This document shows, piece by piece, positions 22,870-35,716 of a stretch of 64,000 nucleotides of DNA. The position numbers and the translations under genes were made by a program. A model generated the notes under the pieces. That model was given only the letters and a program-made list of their open reading frames with translations, was not told the DNA's origin and ran no database searches. Position 1 is the stretch's first letter; every line of letters begins with the position of its first letter. Source of the stretch: Hemiscyllium ocellatum (lineage: Eukaryota); assembly GCF_020745735.1 (NCBI RefSeq), contig NW_026867728.1:1-64000 (forward strand), in the 5' to 3' direction.

Positions 22870-25800
22870 GGGGAAAGGTTTTTTTGTTGGAAATTGATGA
22901 GACTCACAGTTGGTGTGTTCCTCCCAGATGCCAGGGTCCATGATGTCTTGGATCGTATCTTTGGGGTCCTGAAGGGAGAGGGTGACCAGCCGCAAGTCGT
23001 GGTCCATGTAGGTACCGACAACATAGGTAGAAAGAGAGATAGGGATGTAAGGCAGGATTTCAGGGAGCTAGGGTGGAAGCTGAGAGCTAGAACAAACAGA
23101 GTTGTTATCTCTGGTTTGTTTCCCGTGCCACATGATAGCGAGGCAAGGAATACAGAGAGATATCAGTTGAACATAGATGGTGTAGGAGGGAGGGTTTCAG
23201 GTACTTGGACAATTGGGGCTCATTCTGGGGAAGGTGCGACTTGCACAAACAGGATGGTCTTCACTTGAACCAGAGGGGTACTAATATCCCAGGTGGAAAA
23301 TTTGCTGGTGCTAATCGGGTGGGTTTAAACAGAGGGATGGGAACCTGAGGTGTAGTTCCAGTAGACAGGAGGATGAGAGTAGGGAGGACAGGGACAGGAT
23401 TTCATGGTCACAGGAGTGTGCTGGCAGACATCAAGCTGGTTTGAAGTGTGTCTACTTCAATGCCAGGAGTATGCGGAATACAGTAGGTGAGCTTGCAGCA
23501 TTGATGAGTACCTGGGATTTCGATGTTGTGGCCCTTTTGGATACATGGATAGACCAGGGTGAGGAATGGATATTGCAGGTTTTCAGGATTCAGATCATTC
23601 ATTAAGAACAGGCAAGGCGGTAAAAGAGGGGGAGGTGTAGCCTTGTTCATCAAGGAAAGTATAATGGTAGCTGAAAGAACTTTTGACACCATACTACTCC
23701 TGAGGTAGTTTGGGCTGAGGTTAGAAACAGGAGAGGAGAGGTCACACTGCTGGGAGTTTTTTTTATAGGCCTCTGCAGAGATCCAGGGAGGTGGAGGAGA
23801 GGATTGGCAAAATGATTCTGAGTAGGAGTGAAAGGAACAGGATGATCATTATGGGGACTTTAATTTCCCCAACATTGACTGGAAATGCTATAACTCTAGT
23901 ACTTCGGTTGGATCAGCTTTTGTCCAATGTGTACAGCAGGGTTTCCTGACACAGTATGTCGAGGGGCCGACAAGAGGGGAGGCCACACTGGATCTGGTGC
24001 TTGGTAATGAACCAGGCCAGGTGTTTGATTTAGTTGTAAGTGAGCACTTTGGAGAGAGTGACCATAATTCAGTTATGCTTAGTTTAACGATGGAAAGGGA
24101 TAGGTACATGCCACAAGTCAAGGGGCAAGGGCAATAAGAACACGATTAGTCAAGAATTAGGATGCAGAGAATGGGTTATCAAAATGCAGGGGATGGGGAC
24201 AATGGAAATATGGAACTGGTTTAAGGATCAGATATTGCGTGTCCTTGATAGGTATGTCCCTGTCAGGCAGGGAGGAAGTTGTAAGGTAAGGGAACCGTGG
24301 TTTACTGCGGAAATTGCATCTCTTGTTAAGTGTAAAAAGGAAGTTTATATGTTGATGAGACAAGATGGTTCAGATGAAGCGATGGTGAGATTAGCTAGGA
24401 AGGATTCAAAGAGAATTAAGAAGAGCAAAGAGGGGACATGAGCAGTTTTTAGCAGGTAGAATAAAGGAAAACCCTAAATCTTTCTATAGATGTGTGAGGA
24501 ATAAAAGGATGACTAGGGTAGGAATAGGACCAGTCAAAGACAGAAGTGGGAAGTTGAGTGTGGACACTGTGAAGATCAGAGATGTGCTAAATGAACATTT
24601 CTCATCGGTTTTCACTCAGGAAAAGGAGAACATTGTAGAGGAGATGAATGAGATACAAGATCAATTCTAGACAAGTCCCCCTGGGCTGGATGGAATTCTC
24701 TGGGAAGTTATGGAGGAGATAGCAGAAGCTTTGGCTTTGATATTCAAGTCATCATTGTCAACAGGTTTAGTACCAGAGGACTGGAGGATTGCAAATGTTG
24801 TGCCCTTGTTCAAGGAGGGCAAGAGGGATGACCAGGTAATTATGGACCAGTGAGTCTCACTTCTGTTGTAGGAAAGGTTTTGGAAAAGATTATAAAAGAT
24901 AAGATTTATAATCATCTAGCTAGCAACAATTTGATTTCAGATCGTCAACATAGTTTTGTCAAGGGCAGGTCGTGTCTCACATTGAGTGTTTTGAGAAGGT
25001 GACCAAGCATGCAGGTGAGGGTAGGGCAGTTGACGTGGTATACATGGACTTCAGTAAATCCTTTGATAAGGGCTGTTGGAGAAAATGCAGAGGCATGGGA
25101 TTGAGGGTGATTTAGCAGTTTGAATTAGAAACTAGCTTTCTGAAAGGAGGCAATGAGTGATGGTTGATGGAAAATATTTAGCCTGGCGTCCAGTTACTCG
25201 TAGTGTGCCCCAATGATCTGTTTTGGGACCACTGCTGTTTGTCATTTTTATAATTTGGAGATGCCGGTGTTGGACTGGGGTGTACAAAGTTAAAAATCAC
25301 ACAACACCAGGTTATAGTCCAACAGGTTTAATTGGAAGTCATTTTTATAAATGACTTGGATGCAGGCATAGGTGGATGGGTGAGTAAGTTTACAGATGAA
25401 GTTGGTGGAGTGGTGAACAGTGTGGAAGAATGCTACAGGTTGCAGGGGGACTTGGATAAACTGCAGAACTGGGCTGACAGGTGACAAATGGGGTTCAATG
25501 CAGCAAAATGTGAGGTGATTCACATAGGGAAGAATAACAAGAGGGCAGAGTACTGAGTCAATGGAAAGATTCTTGGTAGTGTGGATGTGCAGAGGGATCT
25601 TGGAGTCCATGTACATAGATCCCTGAAAGTTGCCACCCAGATTGATTGTGCTGTTAAGAAGGCATTCCGTGTGTTAGGTTTCATTGGTAGAGGGATTGAG
25701 TTCTGGAGCTGCAATGTCATGTTGCAACTATACAAAATGCTAGTGCAGCTGCACTTGGAATATTGTGTACAGTTCTGGTCGCCCCATTACAGGAAGGATG

Positions 25801-26200
25801 TGGAAGCATTGGAAAAGAAGCAGAGGAAATTTACCAGGATGTTGCCTGGTCTGGAGGGAAGGTCTTATGAGGAAAGGCTGAGAGACTTCAGTCTGTTCTC
25901 ATTGGAAAGAAGAAGGCTAAGAGGGGATTTGATAGAGACATACAAGATGATCAGAGGATGAGATAGAGTAGAAAGTGAGCGCCTTTTTCCTCAGATAATG
26001 ACATCAGCTTGTACGAGGGGGCATAACTACAAATTGAGGGGTGATATATTTAAGACAGATTTTAGAGGCAGGTTCTTTACTCAGAGTGATAAGGGTGTGG
26101 AATGCCCGACCTGCTAATGTAGTTAACTCAGCCACATTAGGGAGATTCAAACAATCCTTGGATAAGCACATGGATAATGATGTGATAGTGTAGGCAGATG
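22870..26200 (+). mobile_element. Long degenerate CR1 LINE: ORF1 SGNH-esterase, APE endonuclease and RT; interrupted by a Penelope-family tail at about 25255-25340
   Basis: ORF1-like FLPDARVHDV..QVVVHVGTDNIG..RVVISGLFPVP (22864-23268); endonuclease region 23440-24100; [35 protein letters not shown] (25581-25961). Confidence 0.85.
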
Positions 26201-28148
26201 GGCTTAGAATATTTTACAGGTCAGCACAACATTGAGGGCTGCAGGGCCTGTTCTGTGCTGTACTGTTCGATGCTCTATGTTCTAAGATTAAGGGAGATAT
26301 GTGTGGAAGGTTGTTTACGCAGATTGGTGGTGAGTGCCTGGAACGGGTTGCCAGTGGAGGTGGTAGAGGTGGGCACGATACATTTAAGATGTATCCAGAC
26401 AGAGACATGAATGGGCGAGAGCAGAGGGGTACAGATCCTTAGAAAATAGGTGACAGGTTTAGACAAAGGATCTGGAGCAGTACAGGCTTGGAGGGCTGAA
26501 GGGCCTGTTCCTGTGCTGTAATTTTCTTTGTTCTTTGTTCCACATCTGGGAAACACCCAACAAATATGTGGTTGGAGATGTGGCTCCAGGATTCACACAA
26601 GGACCCACAGAACCCATGAAAAGGGACACAAATTTCCTCAGTAGATGATAACACTCATGAGTGAGTTATCACCGATGATAATGACAATGACCTTGAATTA
26701 ACCTGCGTTAGTTTTCCAGACCATATTCCAACAGCAAATGCTTCCCTTTTCTTCTCTCATCTTTCGTCAAACAACCTATTTTTCAAACTTTAATTCTCAA
26801 CTTTAAAATCACAGTTCCAAACCAAAAGTGAGGAAACCAAAAGAAAAGTCGTGATGCTCTCACTGGGAAACATGCTGCTTTTCACTGGGTCACACGGAAT
26901 GGGAAGAGAGTTAGTCCAAAGTGGTCAGGCTGTACAGTGAGGGTGGTACTCTGTCACTGCATGTCTGTCCACTGTGTTGATGCTTCACACACTCGATGTT
27001 ACAGTGTCTGAAATGGATGGTGATTGGTCAGTTCGAGTACAGCCAGTACCTGAGGCCAACGGCTGCTGGGCCAGATTAGGGTCAGGAATGCTGGATAACC
27101 TTGAATCATTCCTGAAATACATACAAGGAACATTAATATTCAGAGGAAGTTAATGGCATAATCCCAGGACACAGTAACAAGAATCCTATCTTTTTGCTTA
27201 TCCCCTCACAGGTCATGGGTCGGGCTGGCTGCTCCTAGCTGTCCATGAGAAGGTGGTGGGGAACTGTTGCTGGATCAAAATCCTGGAAATCCCTCCCTAA
27301 GGGCTCTGTGGCTCTTACCTCCAGAACACCGACTGGAGCAGTTCATGAAGGCAGCTCACCCCCACCTTCTCAAGGGCAACTGTGGACAGGTAGTCAATGC
27401 TGGCCCAATCAGAGATGCTCACGACCGGCAAATGAATAAACAAAATGTTCAGATTTAGACACAAATCACCCATGTCACCCTTGAAGAATTCACCACCAGA
27501 AACAGTTCTGCCTTGGTACCAGAATGTACCAAAGCACCCAAGGGTCAGCTTTGAGCAACTGGTTACAAGGCAGGGAGGGAGGGTGTTGGAGATGTGGGGA
27601 AAATTCCTGCAAGGGCTTCCCATCTGCTGTAACTTTGGAGGATGCTACAGAACATGGAAATCTTGGAAAGTGGGGGATGATCAGGAAATCACGTCCCCAC
27701 CCAGTGGAAATTCAGCTGCTCGGAGGGCAAGGGAGAAAATAGTAGGATTCACAAAAAAGGTCCTTTTTATCCTCAGCACTCACTGCAAGTGATAACATTC
27801 CAATCTTTCCCTCCATAAAACAGCCATGACAACTCAAAGTGACCACTGTGAGAAAAATGGGGAACACTTTCGTTTTATACAAGGATGAATTGTAGATTGA
27901 TTTGCAGAATAGAGCTCTCAGATTAACCTGGAGCTGAAAACTTACAAACAGCCAGAAATTGACCAATTCTGTTCAGAATTTATTTCTCTGTCATTTACCT
28001 CTCATTTTCCCAGTGAGTGTTTGAGCAACTTGTAAGCAGGAAAATAACACATTCGGAGATCATTAGCAGGAGGCTGCATTCTGTCTCTGAAAAGGAGATA
28101 TTCAATACAACCCTGAACGAGAGCATTTCTACTCAGCAAAAGTGAGAG

Positions 28149-28245
28149 CTTCCTGATGAAGAGCTTTTGCCCGAAACATCGATTCTCCTGCTCCTCGGAA
28201 GCTGCCTGACCTGCTGTGCTTTTCCAACACCACACTCTCGACTCA
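28149..28245 (+). mobile_element. Penelope-like pLTR with hammerhead core (stem II mismatch)
   Basis: CTTCCTGATGAAGAGCTTTTGCCCGAAACATCGATT.. Confidence 0.75.
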
Positions 28246-28290
28246 GAGAATTTCTACCGCTACTCTCGTGTCAGTCACTGACTACCTTAC

Positions 28291-28330
28291 CTTTTCAAAG
28301 GTGTCGTTCTCTTGATTTGCTGTGAACACC
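28291..28330 (-). pseudogene. Gene B first cytoplasmic exon (GCSQQIKRTTPLK)
   Basis: ttttttctcttcAG|GGTGTTCACAGC..TTTGAAAAG|GTaagg; 40 nt; open in phase 1 after the TM exon. Confidence 0.65.
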
Positions 28331-28379
28331 CTGAAGAGAAAAAAAGTTTCATAAATATTTTGTAAAATTATGAACAAAT

Positions 28380-28910
28380 TTGTCACATTGTCTCCACAAT
28401 TGGAAATGTTTTCCCCCCATACACTTTCATCCCTTTATCCTCAAGAACTCTAACGCCTTCTTAAAAACATTCTTTGCTTTGGCCTCAACTGCTTTCTGTG
28501 ACAGAGAACTCCACAGGATCACAGTAACTCCAAAGGGACTACTCTCCATGTCAATCCTGAATGGTCTACCCCATATCCTTTGACAGTGACCATTGGTTCT
28601 TGTCTCCCTGGTCACTGGAAACATCTTTCCTACATTTACCTCGTCGAGTTTTACTGAAATTTCACACATTTCCCTGAGATCCCCCTCATTTTTCCAAACT
28701 CCAGTGAATACCATCCGAACCGATCCAATCTCTCTTCATACATCAGCCCTGAAATCCCAGGAGTCTGTCTGAGAAACCTTCATTGCACTCTGTCCAATGC
28801 CAGAACATCCTTCCTCCCATAAGGGGACCAGAACCTCACCCAGTCCTCCAGGTGTGGTTTCTCCAAGACCTTGTACAATTACAGCAAGACATTCCTGCTC
28901 CTGTATCAAA
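28380..28910 (-). mobile_element. CR1/LINE 3' fragment
   Basis: Typical antisense 3'-end LINE sequence (..GTCTCCCTGGTCACTGGAAACATC..CCTTGTACAATTACAGCAAGAC). Confidence 0.65.
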
Positions 28911-29618
28911 ACTTCTCTCTATGAAGCCAAAATGCAACTGACAAAGAAACGGAGGGAGAGGCCATGAAGATAAGGATCAGAATTTAAACTTCTCAAGGTC
29001 TTCAGCACTGACATAACTGAGCTCAGGATTCTGAGGCCTTCAATATTCCTCAGACATCCTGCCTGTTCAATTTGTTCAGCCAGAGCAAAGACAAGTAATG
29101 AGGGCAGTCCCAAAACAGATCAGTGCCTGAACATTGCACTCACTGCACAGGCCAGAAGAGGAGTCCATGTTACCATTCCTCCCCAAATATAGCTCTGTTA
29201 CTCAGACTATCTGAGCCACCGTGTCTATGCCTTTATCCAGCAAACTCTCAAAAGACACTTGAACAATAAAGCACACAAGAATATCGTGGTGAACTGCAAC
29301 TTCCTTTCTGTTCTTTTTGAGAGTCTGTACAAAGTGGGAATGAATGCAAAAGATGTTGTGATTCTGTCAAATGGGAGTGAATGAAAAGATATTTTAGCGC
29401 ATTGAGATTCAACAGTGATGGGAGGAGAATGGGGATTGATCCATCAGAGTTCAATGAAATGGGTTTGAATGGATCTCCTTGTGAAACAGCCTCAATGTTA
29501 AATCACTCACAACAAGGCTCCATCCCAGGCAACATCCTGGTGAATCTCCTGTGCACCCCTCCCTCTTGTTATGACAGAACCATACTGTTTTATCAAACCT
29601 CATTCTCCATGAACCCAC

Positions 29619-29720
29619 CTCCTTTGTTGCTGAAGTTGATGAAGATTATGAAGCAGATGGGCAGGATGAGAAGTGTTGGAATGACTGGCAGATATACAGT
29701 GGTGGGCTCAGTCCTGTTCA
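29619..29720 (-). pseudogene. Gene B transmembrane exon (xNRTEPTTVYLPVIPTLLILPICFIIFINFSNKG-G), uncharged TM
   Basis: ttcttgctgttttacAG|TG..GGAG|GTgggt; 102 nt, phase 1 to phase 1; hydrophobic stretch of about 22 residues. Confidence 0.75.
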
Positions 29721-30662
29721 CTGTAAAACAGCAAGAACAGCATTATTCAGGAATCCCTCCATGTTGCTGCAGTGAAACTTGTAGCAGGGTTACAGAGCAA
29801 GAGGTGAAATGTACAAACAGGATGTTCTGTAATGGGGCAAACCAGTTCAACACTCTCACCTGCTGTTTCCCACAGACCAGGAATGTGCTCCCCTCCAAAT
29901 ACTTACCCAATTATCGCCTGAAAGATCACTCTATTAAATCTATTTCCATTGGCCTTTCAGGCAGTGCATTGCAGTTCAGAACAACTCCTGAAGGAGGCAA
30001 CTGCTTAATTCTGTGATACAGAATATAAGGTTAGATGGATATTTTAAAACATTCTACAGGGTATTTCCTGGACCCAGTCTTGACTCACCAACACAAGGGC
30101 ACCCATTACTGAGCACTGATCTACCATCCCACCCTGTCCTGTGTCCTACATGTAGGCCAGACCAAGTAAGGAAGGCAGATTTCATACTGTAAAGGACCTG
30201 ACTGATTCAAATGAACTTTCCCAACTGTCAACAGTGGTCACATGTGACCATAAGGTTAGCTTTTTATTTAAATTCCAAATGTTTAAAATTTCATTCATCT
30301 TTCACCTTCTGCTGTGGTAGGATTTGAACTCATGGCCCCAGACATGAGTGTCTGGATTAGTTGCCCAGTGACAGCAGCAGTATACCACTATCTCCTTTTA
30401 TAACCCATGTGTGAATGCAGGGCTAGGATAGGTCCCATGTGGCTGTGATGCCTCACACAGTCAGACAGAAACTGGGGAATGTACTTGCACTGATGGAACT
30501 ATTCCCGATGAAGGTGTGAACACTTTCATTGTAACCAAGAGGGACACATTACTCTGCAGCACCTTCCTGCTCGAGGAGATGATCCCATTGTCAGTTTAAC
30601 TTTGGATCGTTTGAAGATTGAACTGAATATTCTGAGTGTGTCAATGCCTTTCAATACTGACA

Positions 30663-30673
30663 TCAGAATGTAC
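30663..30673 (-). other. Candidate alternative terminal mini-exon of gene B (G-TF*)
   Basis: gatccttttAG|GT ACA TTC TGA; paralogous to 46161-46171. Confidence 0.3.
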
Positions 30674-31279
30674 CTAAAAGGATCAACACATCAAATTACA
30701 TTAAATGTTTAAAAAGTCAAATTTCAAACACAAAAGCAAAATACTGCAGGTGTTGGAAATTTGAAATAAAAATCAAAATGCTGTAAATACTCAGCAGGCC
30801 AGACCCCACCTATGGAGAGAAACAGGGTTAATATTTTAGTTTCAATGACCAAATCATTAAAAATTCACAGAACCTGCTGCACTCTCACTGTACACCCTCT
30901 ACAGACGGAATACTTCTTCATATTCATTAAATTACAGGATGAGAAGGACATTGGGTAGGGCAGCATTGATTACTCATCCCTATTAGTTAAGAATAAACCA
31001 CATTGCTGTGTGTCTGGAGTCACAAGTAGGCCAGGCCAGGTTAGGATGACAGTTCCCTTCACGAAAGATCATTAGTGAACCAGATGGGTTTTTACAACAA
31101 TAAACAGTGGTCACATAGTCAGCTTTTGACTCTTACTTTGAGAATTTTATTAATTTCAAATTCCACCATCTGCCATGGTAGGATTTGAATCCTACTCCCA
31201 GAACATTACCTGGGTGTTGGATTAACCATCCAACGATTATACGATCAATTGTTGTTTTCCATCTAGAATGATTTCTTAC

Positions 31280-31628
31280 CATAAACCCACACCCGTGTCT
31301 CTTTCTAGATCAGATACTGAGAATCAGTTTCTGACCTGTATTCCACCAGACACAGGTAAGTGTGATTGTCCCTCACACTCAGCTGGTTTATCCTGGTCGA
31401 GGCGTTTCCCTCCTCTGGGTTCCCGATGAGCTCGTACCGATTTCCACCGTGTCCAGTTGTCCAAGTTCCCTGTGATTGGGCTGTAAATGTAATGAAGTGT
31501 TGGGAGGCCTTCTTCCTCATCCAGGTAACAGTGGTCAGGGGCGTGGGAGTCCCAGCTCCTGAAGATACAGGATAAAGTAACTGAATCTCCCTCTGTCCCA
31601 CTCACTACTGAGACATTTCCTTGAGCAG
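31280..31628 (-). pseudogene. Gene B second V-set Ig exon (V2'), with a +1 frameshift and a nonsense codon
   Basis: ttcctcAG|CTGCT..TATG|GTaaga. At 349 nt vs 348 nt in the paralog, the extra base lies near 31540-31550. CAG is replaced by TAG at 31305-31307. Confidence 0.9.
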
Positions 31629-31639
31629 CTGAGGAAGGA

Positions 31640-32800
31640 CGAACATCAAAATGGTAAAAATTCTGGGAAGCATCAAGAGAGATAAGTGTCCAGGGCCGGA
31701 TCAGATATATCCAAGGTTACTATGGGAAGCGAGGAATGAGATTGCTGCTCCTCTGGTGATGATCTCTGAATCCTCACTCTCCATGGGAGTAGTAATGGAT
31801 GATTGGAGGGAGGCGAATGTTGTTCCTCTGTTCGAGAAAAGGAATAGAAAAATCTCTGGGAATTACAAACCTGTCAGTCTGATGTCTGTGGTAAGCAACT
31901 TCCTGGAAAGGATTTATGACTATTTGGAAGAACATAGTTTGATTAAAGATTGTCAGCGTGGCTTTGTGAGGGTCAGGTGATGCCTCACAAGCCTGATTGG
32001 GTTGTTTGAGGATGTGATGAGATAAATTGATGAAGGTCGAGCATTGGGTATGGTGATTATGGATTTCAATAAGGCATTTGATAGTCAATTAATTCAGACA
32101 GTTAGGAGGTATGAGACACAGGGAGATGTGGCTGTCTGGATACAAAATTGGCTCGCTGAATGAAGACAGCAAGTGATAGTGAATGGAAAGTAGGCGGATG
32201 GTGTTTTGGTTTTCATTAACGGGTGGAATTGAGTTTAAGAGCCGCGAGGTTTTGCTGCAGCTCTATAAAATCCTGGTTAGACCACACTTGGAATATTATG
32301 TCCAGTTCTGGGTTGTCCCATTACTGGAAGGATGTAGATGCTTTAGAGAGGGTTCAGAGGATATTTGCCAGGATACTCACAGGATTGGACGACTTGTCTT
32401 ATGAAGAGAGGTTGAGTGAGTGAGGGCTTTTTGCACTGGAGAGAAGCAGGAAGAGAGGTGACTTGATAGAGGTATACAAGGTAATGAGAGGCATAGACAG
32501 AGTAGATAGCCAGAGACTCTTCCTAAGGCAGAAATGACTGTCACAAGGAGTCATCATTTTAAGGTGATTGGAGGAAGGTATTGGGGAGATGTCAGAGGTA
32601 GTTTATTTATGCAGAGACTGGTGGATATGTGGAAGGCAGTGGTAGTAAAGTCAGAAACATTAGGGATATTCAAACGACTGTTGGACAAACACAAAGATTG
32701 AGGGTGTGGAGGATATTTTGATCTAAGGTTAAGATAAATGGTCAGCACAACATCGTGGGCTGTAGGGTCTATACTGTGCTGTACTGTTCTGTGTTCTATG
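31640..32800 (+). mobile_element. CR1 LINE RT fragment with internal deletions
   Basis: DKCPGPDQIYPRLLWEARNEIAAPL..DDWREANVVPLFEK..NYKPVSLMSVV. Confidence 0.85.
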
Positions 32801-33026
32801 TAACATACAAGGCTATGGACCAAATGCTGGAAGGTTGGACAGGTGCAGACTGACAGTGATGTTTTTGTTGGTGTAGACTGTATGGCTCAAGGGCCTCTTC
32901 CATCCTGTCTAATTCTATAATTGTATGGATCAGCCTTCCTTATGGTTCCTTCCATAAGGAACAAAAACGGAAATAAGATATTGTGGGAGTAAACCATGGG
33001 TCCCATAGCAGTAGCTAAATGGTGGG

Positions 33027-33616
33027 TGTCATGGACCAGGCCACACCCCCTCAAAACATTTCAGGAAATTCTCCCAGACCCTAACTTATTGAGTTGTTTT
33101 ATGCAAATGTCGATTGGATAATCCAGGAGAGATGCATATGGCCCAACCACTCACTTTTAACAAAACAGTATTTATTCACACATGAACAAAAGAAAAACAC
33201 ATTTGAATCCCAGAACTATTTAAAACCCAATCGCCTCGATTGCAACTTAATGATGCTGTTCCAAATGCTTGGAACGTCCCCATAAACACTCTCTTGGCAA
33301 AAAAGCTACAGTCAAACCCTGGTTCACACAGGAGAGATGTCAGAGAGAGGGAGGATCAACATGGAGCTGTTTCTTTGACCAGCAACCTCCAAAAACTGAC
33401 TGCTTGCTGAACCAAACCAAACCAGAAAAAGTTAAGCTGGGTTAACTGGCCACTTCCCTTTCATTGCATAATTCTTTTCTGTTTTAATTTGAAAGCCTAT
33501 TTCCTGAGGCAGTATCTGTTATCTATAATCAAATAGGCCCTAAAACTTCTCTGTTTACAACCCCTCTCAATAAACCAAGAACAGAATATCCTTGTCAAAG
33601 GAGCAATATTGTCACA
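33027..33616. mobile_element. Solo LTR (590 bp, TG...CA) with a 5-bp target-site duplication GTGGG, inserted in a CR1
   Basis: ..ATG-GTGGG|TGTCATGG...TTGTCACA|GTGGG-GAAGG; the flanks rejoin into CR1 endonuclease-like sequence. Confidence 0.8.
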
Positions 33617-34059
33617 GTGGGGAAGGGAATAAATCAGCAGATAGTAAAGGCATGTAACAGAGGCAGTTCATTAATCATGGGTGACTTGAATCTTCATGCA
33701 TATTGGGATAGTCAGATTAGCAGAGGGAGCCATGAGGAAGAATTCAGAGACATATTGAAGGCAGTCTCTGAGAACAATGTGATGTGGATCCAACCAGGGA
33801 TCAGGCTAGTTTGGGTTTGGTGATGTGTCATGATTCAGGCTTAATAACTGATGACAGAGTGAAAGATACCCTGGAATCTGTTACCATAACACGATAGCAT
33901 TGAATATTCAGTTTGAGGGGGAGGAGCTTGGGTTGGCAGCTACTGTGCTTAGCTTACCAAAGGGAATGAGAGCAGAACTGGCTGGAGTGAGCTGCAGAAA
34001 CAGTTTAGCAGCAAAAACAGATGAGGAACAATGGCAGACTTGTAACAAGATAGTTTATG

Positions 34060-34405
34060 GCTCCACAGCTCCAAACCAAAGGGGTTGCCATGGACACCCG
34101 CATGGGCCTCAGCTATGCCTGTCTCTTCGTAGGATATGTGGAACAGTCCATCTTCCGCAACTACACTGGCACCACCCACCACCTTTTCCTCCACAACATC
34201 GATGACTGTATTGGCGCTGCCTCATGCTCCCACGAGGAGGTTGAACAGTTCATCCACTTTACCAACACCTTCCACCCTGACCTCAAATTCACCTGGACCG
34301 TCTCAGACTCCTCCCTCCCCTTCCTAGACCTCTCCATTTCTATCTCGGGCGACCGAATCAACACGGACATCTACTATAAACCGACTGACTCCCACAGGTA
34401 CCCAG
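34060..34405 (+). mobile_element. Penelope-like RT fragment
   Basis: QTKGVAMDTRMGLSYACLFVGYVEQSIF..NIDDCIG..DIYYKPTDSH. Confidence 0.85.
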
Positions 34406-34419
34406 ATTACACCTCAGTT

Positions 34420-35400
34420 CTGTTGGTTACACAAACTGATAGAAAACAGAGAGTTGGGATAAGGTGGGAGTGATATCCAGCCAGCAAACTGTAATTAGTG
34501 GTGTATCACAGGATCTGAGATGGGGCCACATTTATTATAATATACATTAATGATTTGGATGAGGTCAGTGAATGCACTGTAGCTGGAGAGAGATGTCGAC
34601 AGGTTAAATAAGTGAGAAAAACTTCGCAATTGGAATATAATGTGGAAAATGTAAGGTTATACATTTGGCACAAAGAATAGAGAGGCTGAATATTAGTGAA
34701 ACAGAGAAAGCCTGCAGAAAGTTCCAGAACAGAGAACATGCAAATTTCACAAAAACATTCAGCAGAGAGTAGGGAAGGTCAATGAAATGCTCACCTTTAT
34801 TTCAAATGGAATCGAATTTTAAAGTGGGGAGGTTTTACCAGACACTAGTTAGTTCACAGCTGGAATATTGTGGATAGGTTTGGTCCCTTATCAAAGGAAA
34901 GTGAAACTGGCATTGGAGGCAGTCCAGAGAAGATTCAATTAGTTGATGCCAGGTCGGGAGGGGCTGTCTTATGGGCAGCGTTTGACAAGATTGAGCCTGT
35001 GCTTGATGGATTACAGAAGAATGACAAGTGACCAAATTGAGACATTAAAGATGCTTCGAGTGCTTGATAAGGTGGATGCAGCGTGGTTGTCCCCCTTGTC
35101 AGGAACAGAGGGCATCAGCTCAGAATGAGGGGTTACACATTTCAGATGAGAGGAATGTTTTCTCTAAGAGGGTAGTGAATCTCTGGACTACTTTACCACA
35201 GAGAGCAGTTAATGTTGGGTCATTGAGAATAGTCAAGGCTGAGACAGACAAATTTTTAATCATTCACGGAATCAGGGATTGTGAAGATAAAGCAAGAATG
35301 GGGAATTGACGTTTATCATCGCAGTCATGATCTCACTGAATGTGGAACAGACTCAATGGGCTGAATGGCCTTCCTCTGTTCCTATATCTTATGGGCTACC
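34420..35400 (+). mobile_element. CR1 LINE 3' RT fragment (degenerate)
   Basis: ATATACATTAATGATTTGGATG..CAGCTGGAATATTGTGGATAGGTTTGGTCCC (YINDLD and LEYC..FWSP motifs). Confidence 0.7.
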
Positions 35401-35716
35401 TGCCTCAGTTCTCAACACCTCCATTTCTGAAACCTGTAAATCCCATTTCCTTTTCCAACCACATTCTTAACATGTCCTGACATCTTCAAAAACAAATTAG
35501 GGAGTTGATGGGATACCATTGGAAGTTTCAGACACGGTGATGGAATGGTCCATAAATCCCAGCCTCATCTCTCTCTCTCTCCTTCTCACTGCCTCCTGCC
35601 TGAGACCAACTGAAAGAGCCCAAGAGAAGGAGCCAACCCGAGAGCTCCCGGTCCAGGTGGATCCTGTTCTCATTGAGCTATCGGGACAGTGACACCATCC
35701 AAACATTGTTCCTTTC

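Noticed and set aside
26640-26720. + strand DDNDNDLELTCVSF, resembling a decayed ITIM exon
   Set aside because: No tyrosine, an upstream in-frame stop and no matching paralog.
29381-30016. 211-aa + strand ORF
   Set aside because: No recognisable domain; it is the antisense shadow of gene B's TM exon and introns.
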